Numbered from the stretch's first letter, positions 47,990 to 60,284 are shown. The stretch is DNA of 64,000 bases from Sminthopsis crassicaudata (GCF_048593235.1 NC_133617.1:31333767-31397766); one strand, 5' to 3'. Numbers and translations: made by a program. Notes: generated by a model not told the origin, from the letters alone.

Positions 47990-49100
47990 CATTGTGGTCT
48001 TTCTTGGCTTTTGCTCAAAGATCCATGCCCACCTGCCCCATTTGCAGGTTTCATAAATTAATTAGCAGTTCGGGACCCTCTTCATCCTCCCCATAAGGTA
48101 TCCTGCAGTTTTTCATTCTTCCTCTGCTCCTCCTGCCCAGTATCCTCTGAAATAATCCCCTTCCTCCACTTACGATGTCGCCATCTCAGTCCTGCCCAAC
48201 ATCTCCTACCCGGGCTCCCTGTTGGCAGCCCCTCCCATCCCATCCCCCTTGCGCTGGTCCTCCACAGAGCAGCCTTCCCACAGCCGGCCTGGCCGTGTTT
48301 CTCCCTTGCTCTGTAAACCCTTTAGTTCATGTTAAGTTGCTCAGCTCCCCTTCACAAGCAGTGTTCCAGCCAGACTGGTCTAGCCCACCATTTGGTATGA
48401 CTTCTCCCGCCTCCGTGCCTCTGCACGAGATGTTCCTCACATGGGGATGCTCTTCCACCCCCTCTTTACCTCTCAGCTCATCATGCTGCTCCTTGTGGAG
48501 CCTGAGCTACCACATCCGATCCTCAGAGTCCTTGTATTGTATAAAGTTGGTCTGGCAGATGGCTGGAGAACCAGCCCAGGGGGCAAGCACACCAGGAATG
48601 GCAGCCACCGGTTCTCTGACCATAGCCCCCAGCCCCTAATTACCTTTCATTCAAATTTGCACCAGTCAAAGCTAGTTACGTAGAAGTGGTCACTAATTCC
48701 AGCCCAGTGGAGCTATCGAGTATGAATCTGTATAATGTGACCACTTTCCTTGATTCCTAATGAATTTGAATGATGTGACTTGACAGATGTATTGCAGAAC
48801 TTCCTGGGGGAAGGATTCTTATCAGGGGAATCCCAAGTTTGGACCATCTCCATCCTCCCAGCTCACCCATAAAATACCAATTTGTGTATATACTCAGATA
48901 GGATATAACCTCCTTGAGAGCAGGGATTGATAAGTTTTTGTCTTTGTCTCTCTTGGGCACAAGAGGAGCAGAATTAGCATTTCTTTTATTAGTTGGAAGA
49001 TAGTAGTATTCCATCCTGAAATCTGACCTTGACTCTCTCCAGCTCAAGAAACTCCATTGGCTCCCTATTGTCTGTGGGACCAAACGTGAATCCTCTCCCT
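47990..49100 (+). mobile_element. GC-shifted L2 remnant
   Basis: L2-like blocks (tccagtggagctatc; ccatcctgaaatctgacc; aactccattggctccctattg) in a C-rich form. Confidence 0.5.
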
Positions 49101-49706
49101 GGCAGTTAGAACCCTTCTGGGCCCACACGTGACCCCACTTCACACACTCTCTGTACATGAGCCAAAGCAGCCCTTTCCTGTCCTTTAGTTTCTGTCTCCT
49201 GCCTCTTTGCTGTGGGAATGCCCATTAAAGACCCTTCCCCTTTCATGCCCGCAGCCTCCCTGATTCTCTTCACAGCCCATCCCTGCGGGAGCCGCCAGCT
49301 GCTCATCCTGCCACACCTTCGCTTTTTTGAGTCTGTTCGGATGCTCTCAGGCCAGTAGTCCTCAATAGAACCTGAGCTGCTTGGGGGCAGGGACTGCTCT
49401 TTGTCTCTCTGCCCTTGTGGTCCAGAGCGGAGCAGAATCCCTAGTACAGAGAGGAGTCCCGTGGCTCTGGTCTGTGACTGACTGACCCAAGGCCAGAGAA
49501 TGCCTCTGTGATGTGGTGGCGGGTTCAGTTATAACTTGTAAAATGGGGCCTCCGACTCCAATCCGGGGAAGCCCCGGACGTGATTGCGGACGAGGGGCCC
49601 ACCTTGCTGTGGATGATGAGAAGGCTCCCTGCGGGTCAGCAGCAGCCATGGCCTCCCTCCAGCGGGGCGGCCTTTGCCCTGAGCACTCTGGGCTTTGTCC
49701 TTTCAG

Positions 49707-49874
49707 ACATCCGGGAGCTGATTGAGGTGGATGACGTCATGGAGGATGACTCCCTGAGGTTTGGCCCCAACGGCGGCTTGGTCTTCTGCATGGAGTACTT
49801 TGCCAACAACTTTGACTGGCTGGAGAGCTGTCTCGGGCACGTGGAAGACGACTACATTCTCTTTGACTGTCCAG
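49707..49874 (+). CDS. GPN3: GPN3 exon 3 (GPN motif; GC donor)
   Basis: (D)[55 protein letters not shown](G); ctttcag| and CCAG|gcaagt; 168 nt. Confidence 0.96.
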
Positions 49875-50939
49875 GCAAGTGCATCCTTCGGTAGTTGTTG
49901 GGGAGGCGGGAAAGGGCCTGGACTCTGCCAGCCTGAAGGCCATGGGCCACAGGTGCATGGAGGATGGACACTGGCCTGGGAATCGGCAGGTCCTGGCCCA
50001 GACCGTGCTTCTGGTGCTTATTGCCTCAGGCTACCCTTCCTGCACTAGATCTATGTCCTATCAGTCAGTCCACAACAGGGGGCGCAAATAGGGACCAGTC
50101 ACTAAAAAAGAAGAATTTTCTCTGTGTCCTCCAGCATCCTGGGATGTAGCATTAGCTCACTCTTTTCCTCCTCCTGGATTTTCCTAGAACCTCAGTTGGA
50201 GGGGATTTGAGAAGCGGCTCAGTCCAACTCTTACCAAAAGAGTACCATGGTTACATTTTGGCTAAGGGGTCCCTTCCAAGGCGGCCCATTCCCATCCCCG
50301 ACTCTGAGCCCAAGGCATACAAGGAAACCCAAGGTCAGATTCTGTTCTCAAGGTTCTCAAGGTTCTCCCATTCAGACAAGAGAGAGAGTGCACACATGGC
50401 TACATATGGACAAGATAAATTCATGGTAAACGGGAGGCGATCTCAGAGTGAAGAGGAAGAGGTGGCAGGAAAGGCTTTTGGGAAAAGGTGGGATTTGAGG
50501 GGAAGGAAAGGGCTTTAAAAGTCAAGCCAAGGATTTTATACCTGATCCTAGAGGTAACCAGGAGCCATGGAGTTGATTCAGGATTAGGTCATGATGGGGT
50601 TAGATTGGTGCTTTAGGAGAGCTGAGTGGAAAATGGCCTGAAGGAAGGAAAGTCTTAGGGTAGGAGCACAGCCAACGTCTTGGGGAGTTCAGGGGAGAAC
50701 ATCCTCAGGATGGGGCTACAGGTTGTGGGGAGGAGTGGCTTGCTGTTTATTAAATGGCAGAATGTGCTCGTTCCATGAATGGCTTTCATTCTGCTAAGTC
50801 GCAGGAAGCCCACTGAGGTCAGATTTGTCTGCATTTTAACACCTTTATTTGAGCTTGTTCATCATTCATAACTTTTGAATTTGGGCATAGTCATCTGGGG
50901 CCTTGGGCCTTTGTGGGATTGGATCACATCTGCAGTAGA

Positions 50940-51140
50940 TAGAGCAGTGAGATTGGAGTCAGGGAGACTCGAGGTCCTGGATTCAAATCTGGCCTCAGAT
51001 ACTTCCTAGCTTTGTGACAAATCACTTTATCCTCTTTGCCTCAGTTTCCTCATCTGTAAAATAAGGTGAAGAAGGAAATGGCAATCCAGCCCTGTATCCT
51101 TGCCAAGAAAACCTTAACTGAGGTCACGGTCAGCCATAAC
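50940..51140 (+). mobile_element. MIR/MAR1-type SINE
   Basis: ggattcaaatctggcctcagatacttcctagc...gcctcagtttcctcatctgtaaaat...ccttgccaagaaaacc. One of many MIR copies (others near 8450, 26220, 29700, 37150, 44330, 52400). Confidence 0.75.
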
Positions 51141-51792
51141 TGTAACAACCGAGCAACAACAAATAGATAGCTAGCTAGAGAAATATAGATATAACGTATA
51201 TATATGTGTGTATATATTGACAGACATACACATACCTACGTATGTAAATATATATAAGATATTTCTTATATGCCCCTGGCTAAATCATAGGGTCACAGTT
51301 AAAGCTGGAAGGCCCTCGGAGGTCATTTAGCCAAGTCTTATTGGTGAGGAAGTTGAGGTGCAGGTGGGTTAAGTGACCCACGGTTACTCCCTCTGGCTCC
51401 AGAGCCTCTGATCTTTTTAGATTGCAAACCTGAGGCAAAATGGACCTTACTTTTTTGTCTTTGTGTGCCAGTCCCTAGCAGGGACTTTAGAAATGCTGAT
51501 CGACTAATCTAGAGGTGCGTAGACCGGTATTTTTAAAGGTCTGATCTTAAGACCAAACACAGGAGTTGAGGAGGCACAGAGGGACCGTCTTAGAACATCT
51601 CTCCATCTCTCACCTTCTAGAATGTTTTTGCCTTTAATCCCAGTAGAAGGAAAGCTCTTGGAGGGCAGGCCTCTGTCTGTGGCCTGTCACCCTGGGTCAC
51701 CTTCCTACCGTACACACGCCGTGCCCTGAGCCGATTTCCCAGTTCTCCGGTTTCTTCCTGGGGCGCTCATGTCTGTCGTGTTCTCCATGCAG

Positions 51793-51917
51793 GCCAGATC
51801 GAGCTCTACACTCACCTGCCCGTGATGAAGCAGCTGGTGGAGCGCCTGCAGCAGTGGGAGTTCCGCGTCTGTGGGGTGTTTCTGGTGGACTCTCAGTTTA
51901 TGGTGGAGTCGTTCAAG
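51793..51917 (+). CDS. GPN3: GPN3 exon 4
   Basis: (G)[41 protein letters not shown]; catgcag| and |gtaggc; 125 nt. Confidence 0.97.
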
Positions 51918-52916
51918 GTAGGCCGGCCGGCCGGCTGGAGTTTCTTGCAAATGTGGGTGCAGGCCAGAGGCAGCCAGCAAGATGGGTGGAATGTCGGACT
52001 TGGAGCCAGAGGCACCTGGGTCCAAATCCTACCTGTGGCCCTTAATCAGCTGCAAACCTTCAGCCTCTGAGGAGCAGACCACTGTCCAAGGCGGTAACTT
52101 GTGGATGGGGCAAAATCCGCCCCAGGGAAGGAACATTATGTCGCAGGAGCCAAACAGGCGAAATCATAGGCTCCTCAGTCACCATGTTGGGTGTGGGTGT
52201 CCTGGCGTGTCAGGCTCTCAGTCCACAAATGCACACGCTTCCCCCCGGCATGGTTCAAAACTCCTATGGGCGTTTGCCACTCATTGTATCCCCCTTCAGC
52301 ACAATGCGTGGTGTATTTTTGTTGTTCACTTGTGAGTATTGCATCTGATTCTCAGGATCTTGGGGTTTTCTTAGCGAGATTCTGCAGTGGTTGGTCCATT
52401 TCCTTTTCCAGGTCATTTTACAGATGAGGAAACTGAGGCACACAGAGTGAGTGACTTGTCCAGGGTCACCCAGCCAGTGAGTGTCTGAGGCCAGATTTAA
52501 ACTTGGGAAGCTGTCTTCCTGATTCTGGGCCCAGAGCTCTAAGCATTGTACCATCGAAGTACCCACTTACTATAGTAAGTGCTTGATAAATGCTTGTTGA
52601 CTGACAGGTTTGTGATGAAAGCCGATGGAAACCCAGTGAGCAGGGAAATGGGGCTGATACAAATGCAGCTTTACATTGTGGTGGGGCTTCTTAAACTTTT
52701 CCCATCAACCCCTTTTTGCTGCAGAAATTCTTATGCAATTCCAGGTACCTAGGTGTATAGACTTTCAGACTTTCCTGGTGACCAAGTAGTGACCGACCAG
52801 GTGATTCTTTTCAGCTTTAGCCATTCGGGAGCTGAAGGCCCTCGTGCTCTGCAGTTACCACTGAATCAACCAGAGAAAGCTCCGCATTCACCCTCTCCTT
52901 GTCGTTCCTCCTACAG

Positions 52917-53032
52917 TTTATCTCCGGGGTCATGGCAGCCCTCAGCGCAATGGTGTCTCTGGAAATCCCACAGATTAACATTATGACCAAGATGGACCTG
53001 CTGAGTAAGAATGCAAAGAAAGAAATAGAAAA
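52917..53032 (+). CDS. GPN3: GPN3 exon 5
   Basis: [38 protein letters not shown](K), containing the TKMD G4 motif; cctacag| and |gtgagt; 116 nt. Confidence 0.97.
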
Positions 53033-53300
53033 GTGAGTTCTTCCATGACGCTTTTGTCCTCAGGGTCAGGAATGCTAAAATCCATCTGCCCATGTGAGGG
53101 CTGCAGTTTCCTCATCTCCTAAGTGAGATGTTAGACAGATGGTCTCCAGACATCATCATCCTGCTCCATATCTACAAATCTAAATCGCTTCCCCTCATGG
53201 TCCTTAGTTTCCCCTCTGAATTCCTTTCCAGCTCAGAATCCATGAACCTTGGAAAACCAGGTGATATCTGAATTATTCATGGAGCTCTCCTCTTTTTAAG

Positions 53301-53397
53301 GTTCCTTGATCCTGACATGTATTCTTTAATAGAAGATTCTACAGGTATATTAAGAAGCAAAAAATTCCAAAAGTTGACTAATGCCATCTGTGGATTG
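53301..53397 (+). CDS. GPN3: GPN3 exon 6
   Basis: (K)[32 protein letters not shown]; tttttaag| and |gtaaga; 97 nt. Confidence 0.96.
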
Positions 53398-54323
53398 GTA
53401 AGATTTCAAATTATTTTTATACATTCACCTGGAAATGTAATTTGTAACACATGTTGTAATGCAATGAAAGCAGACAGGCAGTTTTCCTTGCATTTGTAAG
53501 GCATCATGGGTATCTTCGTTGCTGCTCTGTTTGCTGTCCTGTAGGGCCTAGTGACTAGGGCTCAGGAGCCATTCCTGCTCGAGGCTTCTCCACTCATCCC
53601 TTTCTCTCCACCCCCCCCAATATTACAGTAATATTACTTAGTGTAAATTTGTCTTTGCCTATTTAGGTACATGTTGTTTCCATCAATAGGACTGAGGCCC
53701 TTTGGGAACCAGGACTATTACAATTTCATTGATTTCTCCTTTATGCCTAGAGTTTTGTAATGAACTTGGGTTCCTCCAGTTAGATCTGGGAGAAGTCAGT
53801 TCTAACTAACTCATCTGATGCATGAGGAACCTAAGTTCCTTAACCAGGATCACATAATAATAAACTTTTAAGATAAGATTTGGACAATTTTGACTCCCAA
53901 GCTCAGTGCTCTATCCAGTATACTGTGCTTGATAGCAAATTTAATAAATACTTGTTGAATGGTCCTGAAACTCATGAATTTAGGGTTACTTCAGAGGCAA
54001 ACCTCAGATAGGTACTGCCCAGGGAATCTCCCTCAGGCAGGGGTTCTTAACGTGGGATCATTGAACTTGGATTTTTTTTGTATTTTGACAACTATACTTT
54101 AGTGTAATTGATTTCCTCTGTGATCCTATATATTTACATTTTATTAATTCAAAAATATTATTCTGAAAAGGGGACCATAGATTCCCATCAGTCAGCATTT
54201 ATTAAGCTCCTAATAAGTATGCCAGAATCAGTGGTAAGCATTGACTTAAATGAGATTGTAATTCTAAAGTCCCCTATAAAGGTCAGCCATTGTTCTTTTC
54301 AAAGATGGGTCTCTGCTCTGCAG

Positions 54324-54452
54324 ATCGACGACTACAGTATGGTCCGGTTTTTGCCCTATGACCAGTCAGATGAAGAAAGCATGAACATTGTCCTACAGCA
54401 TATTGACTTCACCATTCAGTATGGAGAAGACTTGGAATTTAAAGAACCAAAG
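54324..54452 (+). CDS. GPN3: GPN3 exon 7
   Basis: [43 protein letters not shown]; tctgcag| and |gtaatt; 129 nt. Confidence 0.97.
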
Positions 54453-54529
54453 GTAATTTGGGAGCTTGGGTGATATTTTGCAAAAATGTTCAATTGATTG
54501 AAAAATAAACCAACCTCACCGCTGATACA

Positions 54530-54925
54530 TGAAGGTAACAGAATATTATCATTCTATAAAAAATGATGAACAAGCTGATTTTAGAAAGACCTGGAAAGAT
54601 TTACATGAACTGAAGTTGAGCAAAACAAGCAGAACCAGGGATACCTTGTACACAATAACAGTAAGATTGTGCGATGATCAACTGTGAAAGACTTGGTAGT
54701 TCAGTGATCCAAACAATCCCAATAGACTTTGAACAGAAAATGCCATCTCCATCCAGAAAAAGATCTAAGGAAACAATGTAAATCAATACATGCTATGTTC
54801 ACTTCTTTTTTCTGTTGTTTTTTTTTTTAATCTCTCCCATGATTTTTCTCTTTTGCCCTGATTTTTCTTTCCCAACATGATTCATAAAAGCAATCTATAT
54901 TAAAACTAAATTAAAAAAAAAAACA
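54530..54925 (+). mobile_element. L1 3' fragment
   Basis: aatgatgaacaagctgattttagaaagacctggaaagatttacatgaactga...aaccagggataccttgtacaca. Confidence 0.75.
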
Positions 54926-55927
54926 AAAAACCTTATCCCAGTAATTTTCTGTTAGTTCCTCAATATTTGGCCCCTTCATTGTACCAAAGAAAAACAGGTG
55001 AGCAAAACCAAGTGGCCTGTGGCTTACAGTGTGTAGGTATGTTCTCCTTGACAAGAAGGGAACCTGTCTCATTATCTGCTCTTTGGGACTACAACCCCAA
55101 GATGAATATTGGACTTGTCTTTAATGATTCCTTAATCCCTTTCTAAATCATCTGAAGCTTTGATTTCCAGTTCTAAAAGAAAATGTTGGCTTTTCTTCTT
55201 AGCTTTTGAAGTCAGTTCCCTGTAGCCAGCCATACTTGAGTTAGGGTATCTATAATCCCAGACTTAGAGAAAAAAAGAACGGAAATCTAGAATGTCACCC
55301 TGTTGCTTTTGTATGTGGGTGTTAAGAGCAGCAGTGTTCAACAAGAAGTGCACACCTGTATCAGCCTGCTCAGCTGCCTAACAGTCAGTAGAAATGGAGA
55401 AGAGAATCCCACCTTCTAAAGGTGATGACAGCTTAATTTGCCAAATCACTCAAGGAAAAGGTAATGATGTATAGAGAGAACAGAGAGAGTTGTGGCTAGA
55501 ATAGGAGAATGGACAAAATTCACCAGTCTTTTCAGGTTTCTCCATCTAGTCAAGTATGTAGCACAGAGCAGATGGGGTGAAGGGTAAAGGTGACAAGCTA
55601 TTTTCTCACTGGAGCTCTGGGAATACTTTCCTCCACTGAGGTATGATAAGGATTAAGAGAAGCATAATCTGACATAAATAAGAGAAGATAGTAAAAGGAG
55701 AATTAAAAGAAGAGTGAAGATCTTATCCTGGATATCTGTCACCTTTGTGAGCATAACCATTAACTGAACATTATAATGTCAGATTCTTTACAGTTTGTTG
55801 ATTGGTTTTACTGAAATTTCTTTCTCTTATTATTTAAAAAAAAAATTCTTTATTACCTTCCAGGAGTTAAGGGGAAGGATGTACGATGTAGGTGGAAACA
55901 TATACAATGAGAAAACAAAAAAACACA

Positions 55928-56080
55928 GGGCAGCTAGGAGGTGCTATGTGTGGATAAAGCACCGGCCCTGGCAGGAGCACCTGAGTTCAAATCTCTGGCC
56001 TACACACTGACATTTACTAGCTATGTGAACCAGGACAAGTTAATTAACCTCGATTATCTCGACAAAAAAAGAAAGAAAAC
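55928..56080 (+). mobile_element. Diverged tRNA-derived CORE-SINE
   Basis: gggcagctaggagg...gagttcaaatc...actagctatgtgaacc + A-rich tail. Confidence 0.75.
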
Positions 56081-56778
56081 AAAAGACAATGATAAAAACT
56101 ATTTTATAAGAGAGCTGGCTAATGGAGCTTTGTGCACTGGGGAAACTTACTACCACAACATTCCTAGTTGTTGATGAACGGTATTAGGTGACCTTGAAGG
56201 TTGGTGGACAGGACAGTCACTGAAGGAAGCAAATGCCCAGGCTTGGATCTGGCCCGTCTATTCTTTAAGCAGCTTCAACTGATGCTTTTGTTTCAGTTCT
56301 GACTCGTGGGTCAGAGACTCTTTTCACTTGTTGATTCTTATCATATCCCACCTGACTGGGGCAAGTGTTCTCAAAACCATACTCCTCCAGATAGGAAAAG
56401 GAGCTAAACAAAATTGTCTTTAACTTCCTCCTATTCTCCTCCTGTTTCATGTGAATTACAAGCAAACTAACTAGAGAAAATTTAAAAGGTCTTTGCTTTG
56501 TGTCCCTCTCACTTTCTCTTATGTCTACATTAGAATCCTGTACTGATTAGGCTTTTCCAGATAATTTGGCATTTATAGGATCTGTACCTGGGCCCTCCCA
56601 ACAAGAAACTGTTTTTGTCTTTCTCAGTTACTTTGACCCCCAAAATATTGAATGTTTGACAGATATTTAACCCGCAATTAATCATTATTCGAAACCCACC
56701 CATAAATGCCACTATTGGCTCATTTTAAGGAAAAAAACAATTTTTTAAAATAACTTTCTTTTGTTTCTTTGCCGGAAG

Positions 56779-56841
56779 GAAAATGAAGAAGACAGCTCAT
56801 CTATGTTCGATGAATATTTTCAAGACCTGGGGAATAAATGA
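56779..56841 (+). CDS. GPN3: GPN3 exon 8 (last coding)
   Basis: ENEEDSSSMFDEYFQDLGNK* vs human EREDESSSMFDEYFQECQDE; acceptor ctttgccggaag|. Total CDS 855 nt = 284 aa + stop. Confidence 0.92.
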   Translation, partial: ENEEDSSSMFDEYFQDLGNK

Positions 56842-56865
56842 ATATATTTAATTTTTCCAGTGTTT

Positions 56866-56871
56866 AATAAA
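56866..56871 (+). terminator. Proximal GPN3 poly(A) signal candidate
   Basis: AATAAA 25 nt after the stop. Confidence 0.45.
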
Positions 56872-57525
56872 GTATGAAGAACTTTGCAGGCAGAATCTTA
56901 CAAAGACTAGTTTTTAGCCTCAGGGAGAAGTGGATGGAGAATTCATCTTTCCATAGCAGAAAAGAGTATGAACTTCGTCACTTCCTCCTTCCCCTCAGCC
57001 CCCAAAGAAAAAGGATAATTTGGAAAAATCTACAAATGTTTCCAAATGGAGTCCTAAATTCTCTAGGATATATATTATATCCTGCCTGGGCTCTAAATAT
57101 GATCTAACTCGGGATTCCCATTTAGAACAATTTAGGTTTGTAAAAAACAGAAAATTATGTGCTGACAAGCCCTTGGTGCTATTTCTAGTAGGGAAGGGTT
57201 CAATTTACTTTCACTTTGGGGGAAAAGATAGTTTGCATTGTGGTGTGGAAGTGGCAAAGAAGATTTCAGCTTCCTATCAAGAAAGAAAGATTACCTGACA
57301 ACGTAAGCTACATCCAAATCTCATGGGGCCCTTCAGGACGAGATGATCTGTCTTACTTTGATCAAAGGCTGGTCATGAATGTGGTGGAAAGGATCCTTTT
57401 TTACAGATTCAATTTGGACCAGATGGCCTCTTTACTCAAATTCTTTCCTGTGGTTTTGCTGTGGAAAAATTATTCCATTCCCTTCCCTCAGAATGGATTG
57501 CCCAGAAATTAGTTTTGTAATAAGA

Positions 57526-57531
57526 AATAAA
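57526..57531 (+). terminator. Distal GPN3 poly(A) signal candidate
   Basis: AATAAA followed by GT/T-rich tgttttgtctc...tttttatatt. Confidence 0.55.
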
Positions 57532-58617
57532 ATGTTTTGTCTCAGTAATTCATAGCCTTTTTATATTCCAATTATATTTTGAAATCTCCCTCCCCCCTTC
57601 TTTTTTGGTCTAGACTTTAAATACTCTGTACCAAATACAGATACTTAAATACCCTGTAAATATATCTGTACCAGATGTGAATTAACAGTTGTATGTAACT
57701 TACCTATATTAATGAATTTCCTGGTTAAGTGACTTTTTCAGCCAGCAAGTGACTGGGGCAGTGTTGGAACTCGGGCCTTTCTGACTTTACGGCCACACAA
57801 TTCTCTGCCCTCGTTGCTCATCCTATCTCAAAATTCTAAGTACAATTCTTGGAGCATGAAGAGAATTGAAACTTAGTCATTCCAAAACAGTAAAGAATCA
57901 TGAGCTTTGGTTGAGCCAACCAAAACATGGCAGACATTGCAAGACATCTGACCTGTGCTTTTGTTTGCTCAGTGAAGAGGAAAGCTTTCATCTCTTTGAG
58001 ATGTCCTTCATCTGGCCGGTCAGCATCAGGTGTTCTGTTAGAGCTGGAAATACAAACACCGTCAAAACCAACCCCTGCCACAAGGATCTTACAGGCTCCC
58101 GGGTACACTCAGGTGTGCTGCTACCTAGAGACAGATGGAAGTGGGAGGTCATTGGAACGGAACCTGAGAGACATGTCCCACGGACTCCCAAGTGGGAGAT
58201 TCCACCCAGGTCCCCTGACCACACACCCCACACTCTGTGGGGCGCTCTGCTCTCTCCTGGGCTGTAGTCTGGAAGGGTTCCCCCTACAATTCCCTTGGAG
58301 CTTTTTTTTCTGAGCTCAGCATAATGTCCATTAGGCTCAGCGAGACATCGATTTTGGAGTTAGAAGGTCCCGTAAGAGAAGACATACAGAGGAGGGTATA
58401 CAGGTATACACAATAAATATACAAATCAAATATTTACTGAGGACAAATCATAATTTTGCAACCCCCATATTGTCACGTGGTCCCCTATGGGGTTGTAACC
58501 CACAGTTTAAGAAGCCTCCTTTTATTAATGAGGAAACAGGTCCAGAATAATGGAGTGATTTCATAGAAAATTTTCACTTTGGGAGCAGGACTTAGTAGTC
58601 TATTGACCTTGCCCTGG

Positions 58618-59674
58618 TGATGAGGTCCTGAATGATAGGTGTGTTGGGCAGAGAGAAACTGGAACTTTGAAAAAGAAGGCCCTGATAGAGATCAGTTTAG
58701 TTCTGTGTTCTCACCCGATGTGCAGGTGATCCGGTCAGAAATCCAACTCATCTCAAGTCCCTGAGGCTAAATTTTTCCTATAAATCTGCTTCTGGCCCAT
58801 GTCATCTGGGCTGCACCCTCTGGGTCAGTCCCACTAGGCCCTCTGCCTCCTGGTGTCTTTCCCCTTGTCCCTCCCATGCCACATAGTGTCTCTCCTAATC
58901 CCACCATGCTACTCAGCTCCACTTCTTATCGATAACTAGTTCTTTTAGGGGGACAAAAAATCCCTTTTAGGATTTAGCCTGCCCACTAAGGGCATGCTCC
59001 AACATTGTGGGATGTTTCCTTTCTCCTAGTAAATGACAAGTTCCATCAGGAAACTTGCCCTTTCCATCATTAATTATTAAAGCCCCTTTCTATGCTCAAT
59101 CCTATTTCATACTTACCAATTCTGGTGTCTATTGTATCCTTCATTTTGTCTGTAACTTCTCCTAAATAAACCTATGTTTTGTTGTTGTTGTTGTTGTTTA
59201 ATAATAATAGTTTTTATTTACCAGATATATGCATGGGTAATTTTACAACATTGACAATTGCCAAACATTTTGTTCCAATTTTTCCCCTCTTCCCCCTTAG
59301 ATGGCAGGTTGACCAGTACATGTTAAATATGTTAAAGTACAAATTAAATACAATATATGTATACACGGCCAAACAGTTATTTTGCTGCACAAAAAGAATC
59401 GGACTTTGAAATAGTGTATCATTAACCTGTGAAGGAAATCAGAAACGCAGGCAGACAAAAATAGCGGTATTGGGAATTCTGTGTAGTGGTTCAGAGTCGT
59501 CTCCCAGAGCTCTTTCGCTGGGTGCAGCTGGTTCAGTTCATTACCGCTCTGTTGGAGCTGATTTGGTTCATCTCATCGTTGAAGAGAGCCACGTCCATCA
59601 GAATTGATCATCACATAGTACTGTTAATAAACCTGCCTTTTGCCAAAGAGAATGGCCATTGTGAATTCTTCACA
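58618..59674 (+). mobile_element. Solo LTR interrupted by an L1
   Basis: TG start (approximate), TATAAA 58779-58784, AATAAA 59165, ends gtgaattcttcaCA; homologous to the LTR at 26790-27479. Confidence 0.65.
59181..59625 (-). mobile_element. Young L1 3' UTR inserted in the LTR
   Basis: (TTG)n tail; many CpGs retained; flanked by AATAAACCT(ATG/GCC)TTTT at 59165-59180 and 59626-59641. Confidence 0.85.
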
Positions 59675-60061
59675 TCCAGACTCCAACATCTGATGCCTGA
59701 ATAACATCAGCCACGTTACATTACAATTATGCTGGGATCCTAGATTTAGAACCAGAAGGTGTCTTGCCCTTGATTTGTGTAATTAGGGAGCAGCGGAAGC
59801 ATCTGCAGTTTACAGGAGAAAAATAGAAGATGGTATACAACTCTCAACTGAGCCCAAGTTACCGTTGCGTGGCAGAAGATTATTTTTCTCTTTTTTCAAA
59901 AGCTTTTGTTCTTTAAATGAATACCCACTAGATAGCCAAAAGGGTCTCCACTCTTTTTAGACAATAATTTTCATTTTCGTGTTATTTTTCGATTGTTTCT
60001 TGTTCTTTGTGACTACATTTGGGATTTTCATTTTTTAGTGGTATAGAAAATACAATATATC

Positions 60062-60193
60062 CTGCCTGCCAGATGAGGGAGGGAATGGGGGGGAAGAAGG
60101 GGAAAATTTGTGGCAGGGGGTTATGCAGGGGTCAATGTTGGAAAAATTATCCATGCATATACTTTGTGAATAATAAGCTTTAATTTAAAAAAA
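60062..60193 (+). mobile_element. Extremely truncated L1 with perfect 17-bp TSD
   Basis: AGAAAATACAATATATC at 60045-60061 and 60194-60210. Confidence 0.85.
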
Positions 60194-60284
60194 AGAAAAT
60201 ACAATATATCAAAATTTTTATAATAAAACTAGATTTTTAAAAAGAGGCTAACATACATAAGAGCACTTGAAATTGCACTCATGG

